This document shows, in pieces, positions 20,707-29,717 of a stretch of 47,591 nt of DNA (positions within the stretch are counted from its first letter, which is position 1; each line of letters starts with the position of its first letter). The position numbers and the translations under genes were made by a program. The stretch comes from a virus. The DNA lies in UHGV virus genome UHGV-1376410; one strand, 5' to 3'. The notes under the pieces are model-generated. The model saw only the letters and a list, made by a program, of their open reading frames with translations. It was not told the origin of the DNA and did no database searches.

Positions 20707-20978
20707 ACCTTCCAGATGTACAGGAATTTACCCATCGGGCCATTTTTGGTCTTGATGTTCATGTTATGCGCAATGGCAATCTTTGCAGCATAGGAGCGGA
20801 ACATGTTTCTGTTCATCCTGTATTCTGGAGGGATATCAGATAAGCTGCACTCCTCTTTGTAACCCCTGACTACTGAATCTGATAAATCATTTTCGAAATG
20901 GACGGATATCACCTCCCCGCTCTTCATGGCGGCAAGGTGGTCATAAACGAACTTCATCTTTGAGCCTTCTGCGTGCAT
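20700..20978 (-). CDS. hypothetical protein (first gene of the leftward operon)
   Basis: ORF overlapping the downstream gene by 7 nt. Confidence 0.45.
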   Translation of the reverse strand: MHAEGSKMKFVYDHLAAMKSGEVISVHFENDLSDSVVRGYKEECSLSDIPPEYRMNRNMFRSYAAKIAIAHNMNIKTKNGPMGKFLYIWKVC

Positions 20979-21036
20979 AGCTTCCTCCTTCTTGCGTTAT
21001 ACAGATTGTACTGAACAATCTGCACTCGCGCAAACC

Positions 21037-21053
21037 ATTTAATCTACATAAGC
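21037..21053 (+). promoter_or_regulatory. Degenerate copy of the conserved motif (TTTAATCTACATAAG)
   Basis: Sequence match in the control region. Confidence 0.3.
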
Positions 21054-21096
21054 CACCGGCATCGACTCAGTATGTATAGTGGTCAATTTTTAACCA

Positions 21097-21361
21097 GTTC
21101 CCAAGAGTTCCCGCGCATTTGGGAACTCTCAGGCCGCGCGTGGCAAGGCTTGCAGAGGAGTTCCCGAGTTCCCCGGGAATTCCTCTAGTAAAAAAGTAAT
21201 ATATACCTTTAATAGATGTTGTTGTTTTTATTAGTAAAAATAGAATTTCTGATTTTTGGAAAAATTCATTTCTAAGGAAAAAGCTGGGAACTCGGGAACT
21301 CTTTGATTTATAACAATAAATCGCGGGAACTGGTGCGGGAACAGTTGGGAACAGCGGGAAC
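21097..21361. repeat. Iteron-like arrays of GGGAAC/GTTCCC flanking an AT-rich core
   Basis: GTTCCC at 21097, 21107, 21160, 21168; GGGAAC at 21121 (plus GGGAAT 21175); 100-bp AT-rich segment at 21181-21280; GGGAAC at 21286, 21294, 21325, 21337, 21347, 21356. Confidence 0.7.
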
Positions 21362-21403
21362 ACTGTAATAATGTACAGTGATATATTTATTTTCCCTATC
21401 ATA

Positions 21404-21432
21404 TTGACGTAGATTGAGCGACATCGTATAGT
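21404..21432 (+). promoter_or_regulatory. Consensus sigma70 promoter for the rightward operon
   Basis: TTGACG-N17-TATAGT; the spacer begins TAGATTGAG (conserved motif). Confidence 0.6.
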
Positions 21433-21456
21433 TTCCACACCAACAACAAAGAGGTG

Positions 21457-21570
21457 ATGAAGATGAGTAAGAAAACGCAATTTTCAGTAAGTAACTTCCA
21501 TAATGAGCATGTCATGCGCTGGCACTGGCAGAAACTCAAAGGTCGCTACCTTGCACGGCATGGCAAATAA
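21457..21570 (+). CDS. possible 37-aa basic peptide
   Basis: AAGAGGTG SD, first ORF after the promoter. Confidence 0.25.
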   Translation: MKMSKKTQFSVSNFHNEHVMRWHWQKLKGRYLARHGK

Positions 21571-21616
21571 ATAGCATAGCGCCACTTCGGTGGCGCATAA
21601 CCAGAGGTGATAAAGA

Positions 21617-21802
21617 ATGACCAAAGCAATCTACACGCGCACTCAACTGGAGCCTGAAATGGGCGCAGTGAAAGCGCAAAACTTTATGATGGCGCAGGCA
21701 ATGCATGCATACAGCAACGGTAAGCGCGTCTGTCGAGTTTTTAGTGGTGAAGGTAAGCATAGAGTGCTTGAGCAGGTTATCGTGTCATCTGGTGGAAACT
21801 AA
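21617..21802 (+). CDS. hypothetical protein
   Basis: ORF with GAGGTG SD. Confidence 0.4.
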   Translation: MTKAIYTRTQLEPEMGAVKAQNFMMAQAMHAYSNGKRVCRVFSGEGKHRVLEQVIVSSGGN

Positions 21803-21817
21803 ACCGGTTTAGCAACA

Positions 21818-22096
21818 ATGAATAAATTACTGGCAGTGGCTTTACTGGTTATCGCTAACGCGGCAAGCGCTGAGGCTATATGGGTCACGAAGTACGCGCT
21901 GACCCGTGGCATTCAGAAGTACGAAAGCGCACAGCTATTTGCTGATGGTCAGGTGGCTGTAGTTGGCGAGGTTTACTTTAAACGTGGTGAATACTGGCTT
22001 GATGAGCAACAGGCAAAAGAGCATGCAGAGACTTTGCGGCAACGCCGTGTATCTGCATTGATGCGTGAGCTTGAGCGTTTACAGGCTGTTAAGTAA
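21818..22096 (+). CDS. hypothetical secreted protein
   Basis: N-terminal signal peptide MNKLLAVALLVIANAASA. Confidence 0.5.
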   Translation: MNKLLAVALLVIANAASAEAIWVTKYALTRGIQKYESAQLFADGQVAVVGEVYFKRGEYWLDEQQAKEHAETLRQRRVSALMRELERLQAVK

Positions 22097-22117
22097 AAAA
22101 TATTTGTGAGGTGTGTG

Positions 22118-22297
22118 ATGACAAGCAAAAAGAAGGTAGCAGACAAGAAATTTCAGGATGCAATGCAGGCTGATTTTATTGGCCGTAATATGACAGACAT
22201 ATCTCAGCAGGCGCGCAAAGCTGGCTGGCGCATCAGCAAAAACCGGCAACGCTGCTATGCGTTGTGGCACAAAATTTCACGGGGAGCCAACCAATGA
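22118..22297 (+). CDS. hypothetical basic protein
   Basis: ORF (listed from 22106). Confidence 0.4.
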   Translation: MTSKKKVADKKFQDAMQADFIGRNMTDISQQARKAGWRISKNRQRCYALWHKISRGANQ

Positions 22298-22857
22298 CCA
22301 GTAAATTAACCAGAGAGCAGCTTCACGAACGCGCTCGTGAAAACGTCAAAGCTCTGAAAATGGCATCACGACAGACAGCATTCGAAAGCGCACGCGAAGA
22401 AATATTGGCTGACCTGCAGCTTGCTGAACTGGCGCTGTCCGCAATGGACAGCGAGCCGGTGGCAGAAGTGGTTTCAATTTATGGTGACCCCGAAGATTTT
22501 GGGGAGCGAGAGATTAGACCGCTTGTCGGCATTCAGCAAATGCCATACGGGACGAAGCTCTATCGCCACGCACAGCCAGCTCCGGTAGTGCCGAATGGTC
22601 TGCGTTTGGCCCTCAGTAACGCCGGTATAGCAGCGCCTGAATCAGATGAGATGCTGGCGGCAACATGTGAAAAGCATATTCAGGCGCTGGTTACCTGGGT
22701 GAAGGGTAGGAAGCCGTTCCAGTCAGCACCGGTAGTGCCAACGTTCGATGAATGGCTGGAACTTAGCGGTAATAAGCCACTTGGCTGGGTAAAAGACGCG
22801 ATGCGAGAATCTTATGACGCCTGCCGCGCCGCCATGCTCAACGGAGGTAAGTCGTGA
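22294..22857 (+). CDS. hypothetical protein
   Basis: ATGA overlap with the upstream gene; 187 aa. Confidence 0.5.
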   Translation: MTSKLTREQLHERARENVKALKMASRQTAFESAREEILADLQLAELALSAMDSEPVAEVVSIYGDPEDFGEREIRPLVGIQQMPYGTKLYRHAQPAPVVPNGLRLALSNAGIAAPESDEMLAATCEKHIQALVTWVKGRKPFQSAPVVPTFDEWLELSGNKPLGWVKDAMRESYDACRAAMLNGGKS

Positions 22858-23107
22858 AACCCTACATCATCCGCAGACTGATTGCCGCAGCTCTGCTGGC
22901 ATTCTGGACTATTGTTGCACTGGCTATCTACTTTATCGTGAGGTGAATCATGTTGTGGAGCGATATACAGGCTGCATGCGAAGAGGCTGACTTTCTGTAT
23001 GAGGAGACCGGGAAGCATCACGCCGTCATTCAGGTTGGCAGCATGATGATGGTGGTTGAGCATAACAGCATGCTTCGGCATATGTACTCAACAACGAGGT
23101 GTCAGTA

Positions 23108-23302
23108 ATGCCGCAAAAATCAAAGCAGGAGGTATGGCAGGAGGCGAAAATTGAAGGCGTCGACCACTTTATAGCAGCAATCGCCAAAGCCTTTCCTGAT
23201 GCTATTGAGGTGGTTCACGTTCAAAGCAATAACTGTAATGTTTGGTGTTATGCGAAAACTGATGTACAATCATCTCATCGATCATCACCCACCACCCTTT
23301 AA
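23108..23302 (+). CDS. hypothetical protein
   Basis: ORF (listed from 23099). Confidence 0.35.
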   Translation: MPQKSKQEVWQEAKIEGVDHFIAAIAKAFPDAIEVVHVQSNNCNVWCYAKTDVQSSHRSSPTTL

Positions 23303-23385
23303 GCCAGCATTGCGCTGGCTTCTTTTTTATCTACGCCATGTGGTAAGATATGTCCTATGTGAGTTACTAAAAGGACACATATAAA

Positions 23386-23826
23386 ATGGCAAATCCGAAC
23401 CCTAAGCACAAATTTTCATCCAGTAATCAGCCGCCACCAAGAGGAAAAAGCTACAGGACAGTGCTTCTTGAAGCATTACGCGCTGCAAATACGCCGATGA
23501 ATGAGATTGAATTCGTCACGTACTACATCAACAAGGCTATGACATGCGAAGACGCTCAGGCTACCGGCATGCTGCGTGAGATATTCCTGCGACTGAACCC
23601 AATTCCAAAACCTGTAGCGCCTCCTGTTGAGTTTGATTTCCCTGCCGACGGCACACCTGTACAGAAGATGGATGCGATTATCAAGGGCGTCTCTACTGGC
23701 GTTGTTCCAGCCGACATTGGCAAGATGATGGCAGACATTCTGAAGGCTGGGCTTGATATCGAAGAAGTAACAGAGCTCGCCGCACGCCTTGAGCGACTGG
23801 AGAAATTACTGGAGCAGCAACAGTAA
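23386..23826 (+). CDS. terminase small subunit (candidate)
   Basis: Immediately upstream of TerL; basic N-terminus, C-terminal coiled coil. Confidence 0.5.
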   Translation: MANPNPKHKFSSSNQPPPRGKSYRTVLLEALRAANTPMNEIEFVTYYINKAMTCEDAQATGMLREIFLRLNPIPKPVAPPVEFDFPADGTPVQKMDAIIKGVSTGVVPADIGKMMADILKAGLDIEEVTELAARLERLEKLLEQQQ

Positions 23827-23910
23827 CTGATTTATAATAATCAATGCGGCTAGGGGGCACCCGAAAAGCGACTCATCACCGCCTGCCGCATTCACTTCAA
23901 TGATGCCCTG

Positions 23911-26445
23911 ATGAGGAATCTATATATGGCACGCAAAAGACTCTCAGCACCAGCAATTGAAAAACTCGAAGAGATTATTGGCGATGGCGTGATTGATGCG
24001 CCTGAATCTGCGGTGTTCGGTGTTGTTAATACAGATAAGCAGATTGTTCGCAAACTAAAAATGACGCAAAGCGGAGTTGATGACGTTAGCGACTCTGATA
24101 TTGGCGTTGATCACCTGATACCAGAAAAGCTGGAAAAGCTACTTTACCCCAAGCGTAATAAGATTGTGTTTGGCGGGCGCGGATGCTTAGCCATCGGCAC
24201 GATGGTGAGGATGTTTGATGGTAGCCTAAAACGCGTAGAGGATATCGTTGTTGGCGATAAGGTTATGGGTCCAGACAGTAAACCACGAAATGTTTTAAAC
24301 ATCTGTCGGGGGTTTGATGACATGTATACGGTTCATCAAAAATATGCTGATGACTACACTGTCAACTCAAGTCACATACTGTCATTACGAAAGATTCCAT
24401 CTGCTATCAGTGACGAGACAAAAACACCGGATGGTAAAAGAATTTATCGTTATTACCCGAATGAACCTGAAATACTGAATATTGGTGTTTCAGAATATTT
24501 GTCGCGCGCAACTTCCAAAAAGTTCCGCCATGTCTTTAAAGGGTGGCGAACAGGATGGGATTTTAATGACCAAAGCGTCCCAGTTGACCCGTACTTTCTT
24601 GGTTTATGGTTAGGTGATGGTTCATCTCGTGGTGTTGAAGTGTGCACGCCTGATCCAGAGATAGTTGACTACATTCACAACGTGGCAAGCAAATACGGGA
24701 TGCAGGTAAAGGTTCGCGACGATGATAGATGCCCTGCCTATGCGATAACTAATGGTCGAGCTGCTGGCATGGGGAAGAACACCAACCCGTTACTAACTAA
24801 AATGCAGCAGCTTGGGGTGATTAATAATAAACACATACCTGACTGCTATATCAAAAACAGCAGAGAGGTAAGACTTCAGATTCTGGCTGGGCTATTGGAT
24901 ACTGATTCGCATTATGACCAGAAAAAGAAAAGCTATTCTTTCACATCAATAAATAAAGAAATGGCCTTCTCTTTGATGGATGTGGCAAGATCGCTTGGCT
25001 TCAAGTCAAGCATAATCAAAAAGACTGATGTCACCTTTGAATATAAAGGTGAGAAAAGAATATACGAAAAGGACGTATGGGAGGTGTTCGTTAGTGGTGA
25101 CCTTCATACAATCCCATGCCGAGTAAAAAGGAAGATAGCAGAGAAAACCAAGTCAACCCGTGGAAAGATGACTGAGGTGTCATTGTCTTATGTCGGGCAT
25201 GGTGAATACGCTGGGTTCACTATTGATGGCGATCATCTTTTCCTGCTTGCTGATGGCACGGTTACACACAACAGCGGAAAAACAAGGACAGTAACAACAA
25301 TACTTACGGAGCGTGCACGCTTTAAGCCTGACAGGATAGCTTGTTTTCGTGAGATTCAGCAGTCTATTGAGGATAGTTCATATCAGGAGCTGAAAGACGA
25401 GATTGACAGGAAGGGCGAGACAAAAGAGTTTCGCGTCATCAACAACGAAATAACACACAAGGTAACGAAAGCAAAGTTCCGCTTTAAAGGCCTGTATCGC
25501 AACCAGACGACCGTAAAAGGCTTCGCTGGCATTACAGTAGCTTGGGTCGAGGAGGCGGAAAACGTCAGCCAGACAAGCTGGGAAATCCTCACCCCAACAG
25601 TCCGCGCTGAAGGGTCAGAGATATGGGTGACTTTCAACCCAAATAAAGAGCATGACCCGACGTGGAAAATATGGGTTGAGCCTTTTTATAATAAATTGCG
25701 CGAAAATGGCGGCATCTATGAGGATGATGAAAACCTGATTATGGAGTGTAATTACTCAGACAATCCGTGGTTCTGGGATACTCCGCTCCCAAGCCAAATG
25801 CAACGCATGAAAGAGACCGACTTCGACCGCTATCAATGGGTGTGGGGTGGGCGCTTTAATAAGCGTAATGATGAGCAGGTATTTGGCGGTAAGTGGCGCG
25901 TTGCTGATTTCGAGGTTAAGCCGGAATGGCATGGGCCTTACTTTGGCATCGACTTTGGATTCTCGCAGGACGCAACGGCGATGGTTGAGGTTTACATTGA
26001 GAAACTTCCTGATGACCGCCGCAACCTTTACGTCGCGCGCGAATACGGCCGTGTAGGCCTTGAGATTACCGACACACCTACAGCGATGGAGCAATCATTC
26101 CCACTCTCCAGGAAGGCAAGATGGTATGGGGACTGCTCTCGGCCAGAAACAATCAGTCACATCAAACGCGCAGGATTTGATATCCATCCATGCAATAAGT
26201 GGCCCGGGAGCGTGGAGGATGGTGTAACCTGGCTCAGGGGTTGCGACAGCATCATCATTCATGACCGCTGCACACAGACTCAGGAAGAGTTCACTATGTA
26301 CAGTTACAAGGTGGACAAGCTGACGGGTAACGTGCTCACAAATATTGTGGATGCGTGGAACCACTTCATTGACGCAATCAGATATGCATGCAACGATCAC
26401 ATCGTACAGCGTGGCTCTGGATGGATTAGAAGGAGCAGGAGATAA
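23911..26445 (+). CDS. terminase large subunit, intein-containing precursor
   Basis: Exteins reconstitute the Walker A VFGGRG|SGKT; C-terminal RNase-H-like nuclease region; 844-aa precursor, 481-aa mature. Confidence 0.9.
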   Translation: MRNLYMARKRLSAPAIEKLEEIIGDGVIDAPESAVFGVVNTDKQIVRKLKMTQSGVDDVSDSDIGVDHLIPEKLEKLLYPKRNKIVFGGRGCLAIGTMVRMFDGSLKRVEDIVVGDKVMGPDSKPRNVLNICRGFDDMYTVHQKYADDYTVNSSHILSLRKIPSAISDETKTPDGKRIYRYYPNEPEILNIGVSEYLSRATSKKFRHVFKGWRTGWDFNDQSVPVDPYFLGLWLGDGSSRGVEVCTPDPEIVDYIHNVASKYGMQVKVRDDDRCPAYAITNGRAAGMGKNTNPLLTKMQQLGVINNKHIPDCYIKNSREVRLQILAGLLDTDSHYDQKKKSYSFTSINKEMAFSLMDVARSLGFKSSIIKKTDVTFEYKGEKRIYEKDVWEVFVSGDLHTIPCRVKRKIAEKTKSTRGKMTEVSLSYVGHGEYAGFTIDGDHLFLLADGTVTHNSGKTRTVTTILTERARFKPDRIACFREIQQSIEDSSYQELKDEIDRKGETKEFRVINNEITHKVTKAKFRFKGLYRNQTTVKGFAGITVAWVEEAENVSQTSWEILTPTVRAEGSEIWVTFNPNKEHDPTWKIWVEPFYNKLRENGGIYEDDENLIMECNYSDNPWFWDTPLPSQMQRMKETDFDRYQWVWGGRFNKRNDEQVFGGKWRVADFEVKPEWHGPYFGIDFGFSQDATAMVEVYIEKLPDDRRNLYVAREYGRVGLEITDTPTAMEQSFPLSRKARWYGDCSRPETISHIKRAGFDIHPCNKWPGSVEDGVTWLRGCDSIIIHDRCTQTQEEFTMYSYKVDKLTGNVLTNIVDAWNHFIDAIRYACNDHIVQRGSGWIRRSRR
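24184..25272 (+). mobile_element. intein with LAGLIDADG homing endonuclease, inserted in the TerL P-loop
   Basis: Starts Cys (CLAIGTMV), ends ...VTHN followed by Ser+1; LAGLIDADG blocks FLGLWLGDGSS and LAGLLDTDSH; in frame, 363 aa. Confidence 0.85.
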
Positions 26446-26446
26446 G

Positions 26447-26476
26447 AAAAAGCCCCGTTGCCGGGGCGGTTTGGTT
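26447..26476. terminator. Rho-independent terminator (bidirectional)
   Basis: GCCCCG-TTGC-CGGGGC hairpin then GGTTTGGTT. Confidence 0.65.
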
Positions 26477-26783
26477 ACTTGATATTTTCCCAGTGATTTA
26501 TTGCGTCACTCTTGTTTTGGTAGCTTTTCACCATGCGCCAGGTTTTTACCATCTTCCCGCGCGAATAGTTTTCGCAAAGCACGTATACCTTATAAGTGTC
26601 TGCAACAACTTTTTCAGTGCATTCAGCAGCAACATCGTTAGGGATGCCATCTGGTTTGCGAAAGAACTCAACGTGGTGATGAGCAACAGCATATTTCTTT
26701 CCGTTTTTTGCTGTTTTCGCTTTACTAATCCAGTTTTCAATATTCATCGATTTAACCTCACTCACCGGCGGCGCCATTGCCAC
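26475..26783 (-). CDS. hypothetical protein (likely start at 26747)
   Basis: ORF; own promoter at 26796-26824. Confidence 0.45.
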   Translation of the reverse strand: MAMAPPVSEVKSMNIENWISKAKTAKNGKKYAVAHHHVEFFRKPDGIPNDVAAECTEKVVADTYKVYVLCENYSRGKMVKTWRMVKSYQNKSDAINHWENIK

Positions 26784-26795
26784 CTCAATGACTTC

Positions 26796-26824
26796 AATCT
26801 ACACCAACCACAAATCCACGTCAA
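26796..26824 (-). promoter_or_regulatory. sigma70-type promoter TTGACG-N17-TAGATT
   Basis: The hexamers are the reverse complement of motif pieces CGTCAA (26819-26824) and AATCTA (26796-26801). Confidence 0.5.
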
Positions 26825-26837
26825 TATTTATAATAAA

Positions 26838-27128
26838 TTATTTGTAAAGCCAGCAATGAATTCCCACATTGCGCATGGCCGCATAAATAACATCATCAGA
26901 CACGACAGCCATTGCCACCCTGTCAGCGTCAATCTGCTGATGGGATGCCATGATGTCATCATAGAAAACATCGTTAGCATGCAGCCACTCATACGCATGC
27001 TTTGCCCTCATGATTAGCACATCGTGACCGGCAGAGTAGAGCGACTTAGCCAGCGCAACGTTGCCAGCAATGGCATTACCCTCAGCATCGCGCAGCACGC
27101 CATCAAGCTCGAAAATGACACATTTCAT
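26838..27128 (-). CDS. small HAD-like phosphatase/nucleotidase candidate
   Basis: N-terminal MKCVIFELDGVL (HAD motif I), later K and SDDV (motif IV-like); only 96 aa. Confidence 0.4.
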   Translation of the reverse strand: MKCVIFELDGVLRDAEGNAIAGNVALAKSLYSAGHDVLIMRAKHAYEWLHANDVFYDDIMASHQQIDADRVAMAVVSDDVIYAAMRNVGIHCWLYK

Positions 27129-27151
27129 AAGATTTCTCCGAGAGGTTTCAT

Positions 27152-27183
27152 TTTAATCTACGCCATGCTAGAATCTACGTCAA
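27152..27183 (-). promoter_or_regulatory. sigma70-type promoter TTGACG-N17-TAGATT built from two tandem motif copies
   Basis: TTTAATCTACGCCA and GAATCTACGTCAA; 20 nt upstream of ATG 27128, with a GGAG SD. Confidence 0.5.
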
Positions 27184-27217
27184 GGCGCATTGACATAACT
27201 ACATCACCAGGGGCATC

Positions 27218-27457
27218 ATGAAGGCATACTCATCTTTTTCGTGGGAGCAGAAGGAAAAAATATACTCACTCGCAAGAGCTGGTGTGTCGGATGAGGCACT
27301 GTGCGAAAGGTACGATGTGGATGAGGCTATTCTTCTGCGCATGTATGATGAAGTGCTGTGTGAGTTGCAGCGGCGTCGTGGTTATAGTGGCCTGAAGACG
27401 ATTAATGATTTCTTTCGGAATGTTGAGCTAAATAACGATGAGGGTGGTGATTTATGA
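27218..27457 (+). CDS. hypothetical protein
   Basis: ORF. Confidence 0.45.
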   Translation: MKAYSSFSWEQKEKIYSLARAGVSDEALCERYDVDEAILLRMYDEVLCELQRRRGYSGLKTINDFFRNVELNNDEGGDL

Positions 27458-27633
27458 TTATTGAAGGTCATACAAAATTAGATGAGTGCAATCTAATAAT
27501 TAATGGAAGGCTGTCAGATGAGCATGATTTGATGTTGTGTCAATTCCACGACACTGTAATCATCGACAAACACCAGGCCGCGCAGCTTATCGAAGTCCTG
27601 CAACGCTGGATTGATGGCGAGGAGATTGAGTGA
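27454..27633 (+). CDS. hypothetical 59-aa protein
   Basis: ATGA overlaps on both sides; not in the supplied track because under 60 aa. Confidence 0.35.
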   Translation: MIIEGHTKLDECNLIINGRLSDEHDLMLCQFHDTVIIDKHQAAQLIEVLQRWIDGEEIE

Positions 27634-27851
27634 TGAAAGCCGTCAAAACAATCCTGTTCTGCATCATCAATCCGCACCTGATTGTGATGCTGGTATTCGC
27701 TGCCATGCTTCTTGGAGCAAGGGAGTCACTTTATTATCCTTCCGACAAGCTGAATGATGCTGCACGTTACATTCAGAGTGTTGACTATAAACTCGCTGCG
27801 AAGTCGCAGCCAGCATGGTTCAGATCGCTGGTTGATGATGAGGCGAAGTGA
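27630..27851 (+). CDS. small membrane protein
   Basis: N-terminal TM helix ILFCIINPHLIVMLVFAAMLLGA. Confidence 0.45.
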   Translation: MMKAVKTILFCIINPHLIVMLVFAAMLLGARESLYYPSDKLNDAARYIQSVDYKLAAKSQPAWFRSLVDDEAK

Positions 27852-28033
27852 TGTCGTATTTCTTCCTGATATTCGTAATCACAAGCAACACGTCCAATAT
27901 GCAGGTGGTGCCGATGCAAAGCATGGAGCAGTGCAGGGCGGCCATTACGGCAATGAAAATCGCTGAGGAAAAGCGGACGTGGAATGATGTAAGTCCAAAT
28001 GTTGACAATTTGCAATGCGTTGAGGTGAAGTGA
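27848..28033 (+). CDS. small membrane-anchored protein
   Basis: N-terminal hydrophobic segment; translationally coupled. Confidence 0.4.
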   Translation: MMSYFFLIFVITSNTSNMQVVPMQSMEQCRAAITAMKIAEEKRTWNDVSPNVDNLQCVEVK

Positions 28034-28230
28034 TGACAAGAAAACAGATTCATGATGTTGCGGTTGGTTGCAGGAAGTGGATTGAGGAGATATGGTTTAA
28101 GCCTGGATTCAGTGGAAAGCGCTATAAATTGTACGCCAAATGTCGCGGTTTGGTTCTTGGGGATAGAATAGAGCTTGCTATATTCCATAACAATGACCAG
28201 GCCCTTCAAGAGAGAGCCTTTGGTGACTGA
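28030..28230 (+). CDS. hypothetical protein
   Basis: ORF, coupled to the upstream gene. Confidence 0.4.
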   Translation: MMTRKQIHDVAVGCRKWIEEIWFKPGFSGKRYKLYAKCRGLVLGDRIELAIFHNNDQALQERAFGD

Positions 28231-28268
28231 TACCATGCTATAATCCCATCCATGCGAGGAGATTTTTT

Positions 28269-29717
28269 ATGGTGACGAAAATGTCAAAGTTAGAGGCGGT
28301 AAACGCCTATATTCAGCAGCGAGTGGCGAACAATAACAGGCTCATCGAGCGGCAGCGTCGGGAGTTTAGCGGTGTAAACATAGACCAAAAGCACACCAGA
28401 CTGTATGTCGAATGTGGCTACCCTGAAGAAATCACCGCCGAGATGTTCCGCTATGCCTATGAGCGCTACGCACCGGCAACGGCTGGCGTCAATCGCGTGC
28501 TCGATAAGTGCTGGCAGACTCCGCCGCAAATCCTTCAGGAGGGCGCCGATGATAAAGCGAGCACTCCGTGGGAGAAGGCCGCCAACAAGCTGTTTAAGCG
28601 TGCTGTGCCATTCATCAAGGATGCAGACCGCCGCAACCTCATCAACCGCTATTCCGGCCTCATACTGCAAATCCGCGACGGAAAGCAGTGGAATGAGCCG
28701 GTAGACACCACGAAAACAAGACGTATCAAGGATGCTGCCATTGTCCGCTACATTCCGGTGTGGGAAGAGCAACTCCGCGTCAGTGAGTGGGAAAATGACG
28801 AATCCAGCGAAGACTATGGTCAGCCGAAGATGTACGAATATCAGGAGTCGGTAGTCGGCGCCTGCAACAGCGACGGCAAGCCAACGCGCTCCCTGAGCAT
28901 TCACCCCGATCGCATTATCGTATTTGCCGAGGGCGCGATGGATGGCTCTATTTATTCCGGCGTTCCGCTTCTGCGTGCCGGATATAACCACCTCATCGAC
29001 ATGGCGAAAGTCACCGGCTCAAGCGCCGAGGGCTTCCTGAAAAATGCCAGTCGGCAGCTCAACGTTAATTATAATAAAGACAGCGTTTCCACTCAGTCTC
29101 TGGCGCAGCAAATGGGCGTGCCGATGGAAGAGCTGGCAGATGTGCTCAATGAGGATGTGGCGCGCCTGAATGAGGCAATTGACGCGGCGATGTTCACGAT
29201 GGGCGCTGATGTCAAAGTGCTCTCGGTGACGCCAGCAGACCCAGGGCCAACATGGACAATTGCGGCCAACCAGTTTGCGGCATCCATCAAGAAGCCATTC
29301 ACCATCCTGTTTGGTCAGCAGACTGGCCGCCTTGCATCCGATGAGGATAAAACCGACGACGCCATGAGCGCCAAACAGCGCCGCGAGGACTGGCTGGACT
29401 ACATCATTTCGGTGTTCATCGACCGGATGATTTCCTTTGGCATTCTGGATAAAGCGCCAGAGAGCGGTTATTACTGCAAATGGGATGACCTGCTTGCACC
29501 TTCCGAGCTGAACAAAGCAGACCTGCTGGTCAAGCTTGCCACTGCAAACAAATCTGTATTCGATGCAGGACAGATGGCCCTGATGACCGCAGATGAAATG
29601 CGCGGCATTGTTGGCATGGAGCCTCTGGAGGAGCAGCTTCCTGACGGATTACAGGAAGGTCAGCAGCAACAGCAAGACCAACAGCAGGGCCAGACCGATG
29701 CGCCTCCTCAAAATTAA
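28269..29717 (+). CDS. portal protein
   Basis: 482 aa, first large gene after TerL, acidic Gln-rich C-terminal tail. Confidence 0.7.
   Translation: MVTKMSKLEAVNAYIQQRVANNNRLIERQRREFSGVNIDQKHTRLYVECGYPEEITAEMFRYAYERYAPATAGVNRVLDKCWQTPPQILQEGADDKASTPWEKAANKLFKRAVPFIKDADRRNLINRYSGLILQIRDGKQWNEPVDTTKTRRIKDAAIVRYIPVWEEQLRVSEWENDESSEDYGQPKMYEYQESVVGACNSDGKPTRSLSIHPDRIIVFAEGAMDGSIYSGVPLLRAGYNHLIDMAKVTGSSAEGFLKNASRQLNVNYNKDSVSTQSLAQQMGVPMEELADVLNEDVARLNEAIDAAMFTMGADVKVLSVTPADPGPTWTIAANQFAASIKKPFTILFGQQTGRLASDEDKTDDAMSAKQRREDWLDYIISVFIDRMISFGILDKAPESGYYCKWDDLLAPSELNKADLLVKLATANKSVFDAGQMALMTADEMRGIVGMEPLEEQLPDGLQEGQQQQQDQQQGQTDAPPQN

Noticed and set aside
21067-21480. 137-aa - strand ORF from the supplied track
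   Set aside because: It lies entirely over the GGGAAC/GTTCCC repeat arrays and the AT-rich core. Its composition is repeat-driven and it has no SD, so it is treated as non-coding.
26493-27017. 174-aa + strand ORF
   Set aside because: It is antisense to two well-supported - strand genes, with a low-complexity, Cys/His/Phe-rich translation typical of a shadow ORF.
29593-29697. Upstream extension of the head-morphogenesis ORF overlapping the portal by 125 nt
   Set aside because: More parsimonious start at ATG 29698 (20-nt overlap) or 29746. The extension has no SD.
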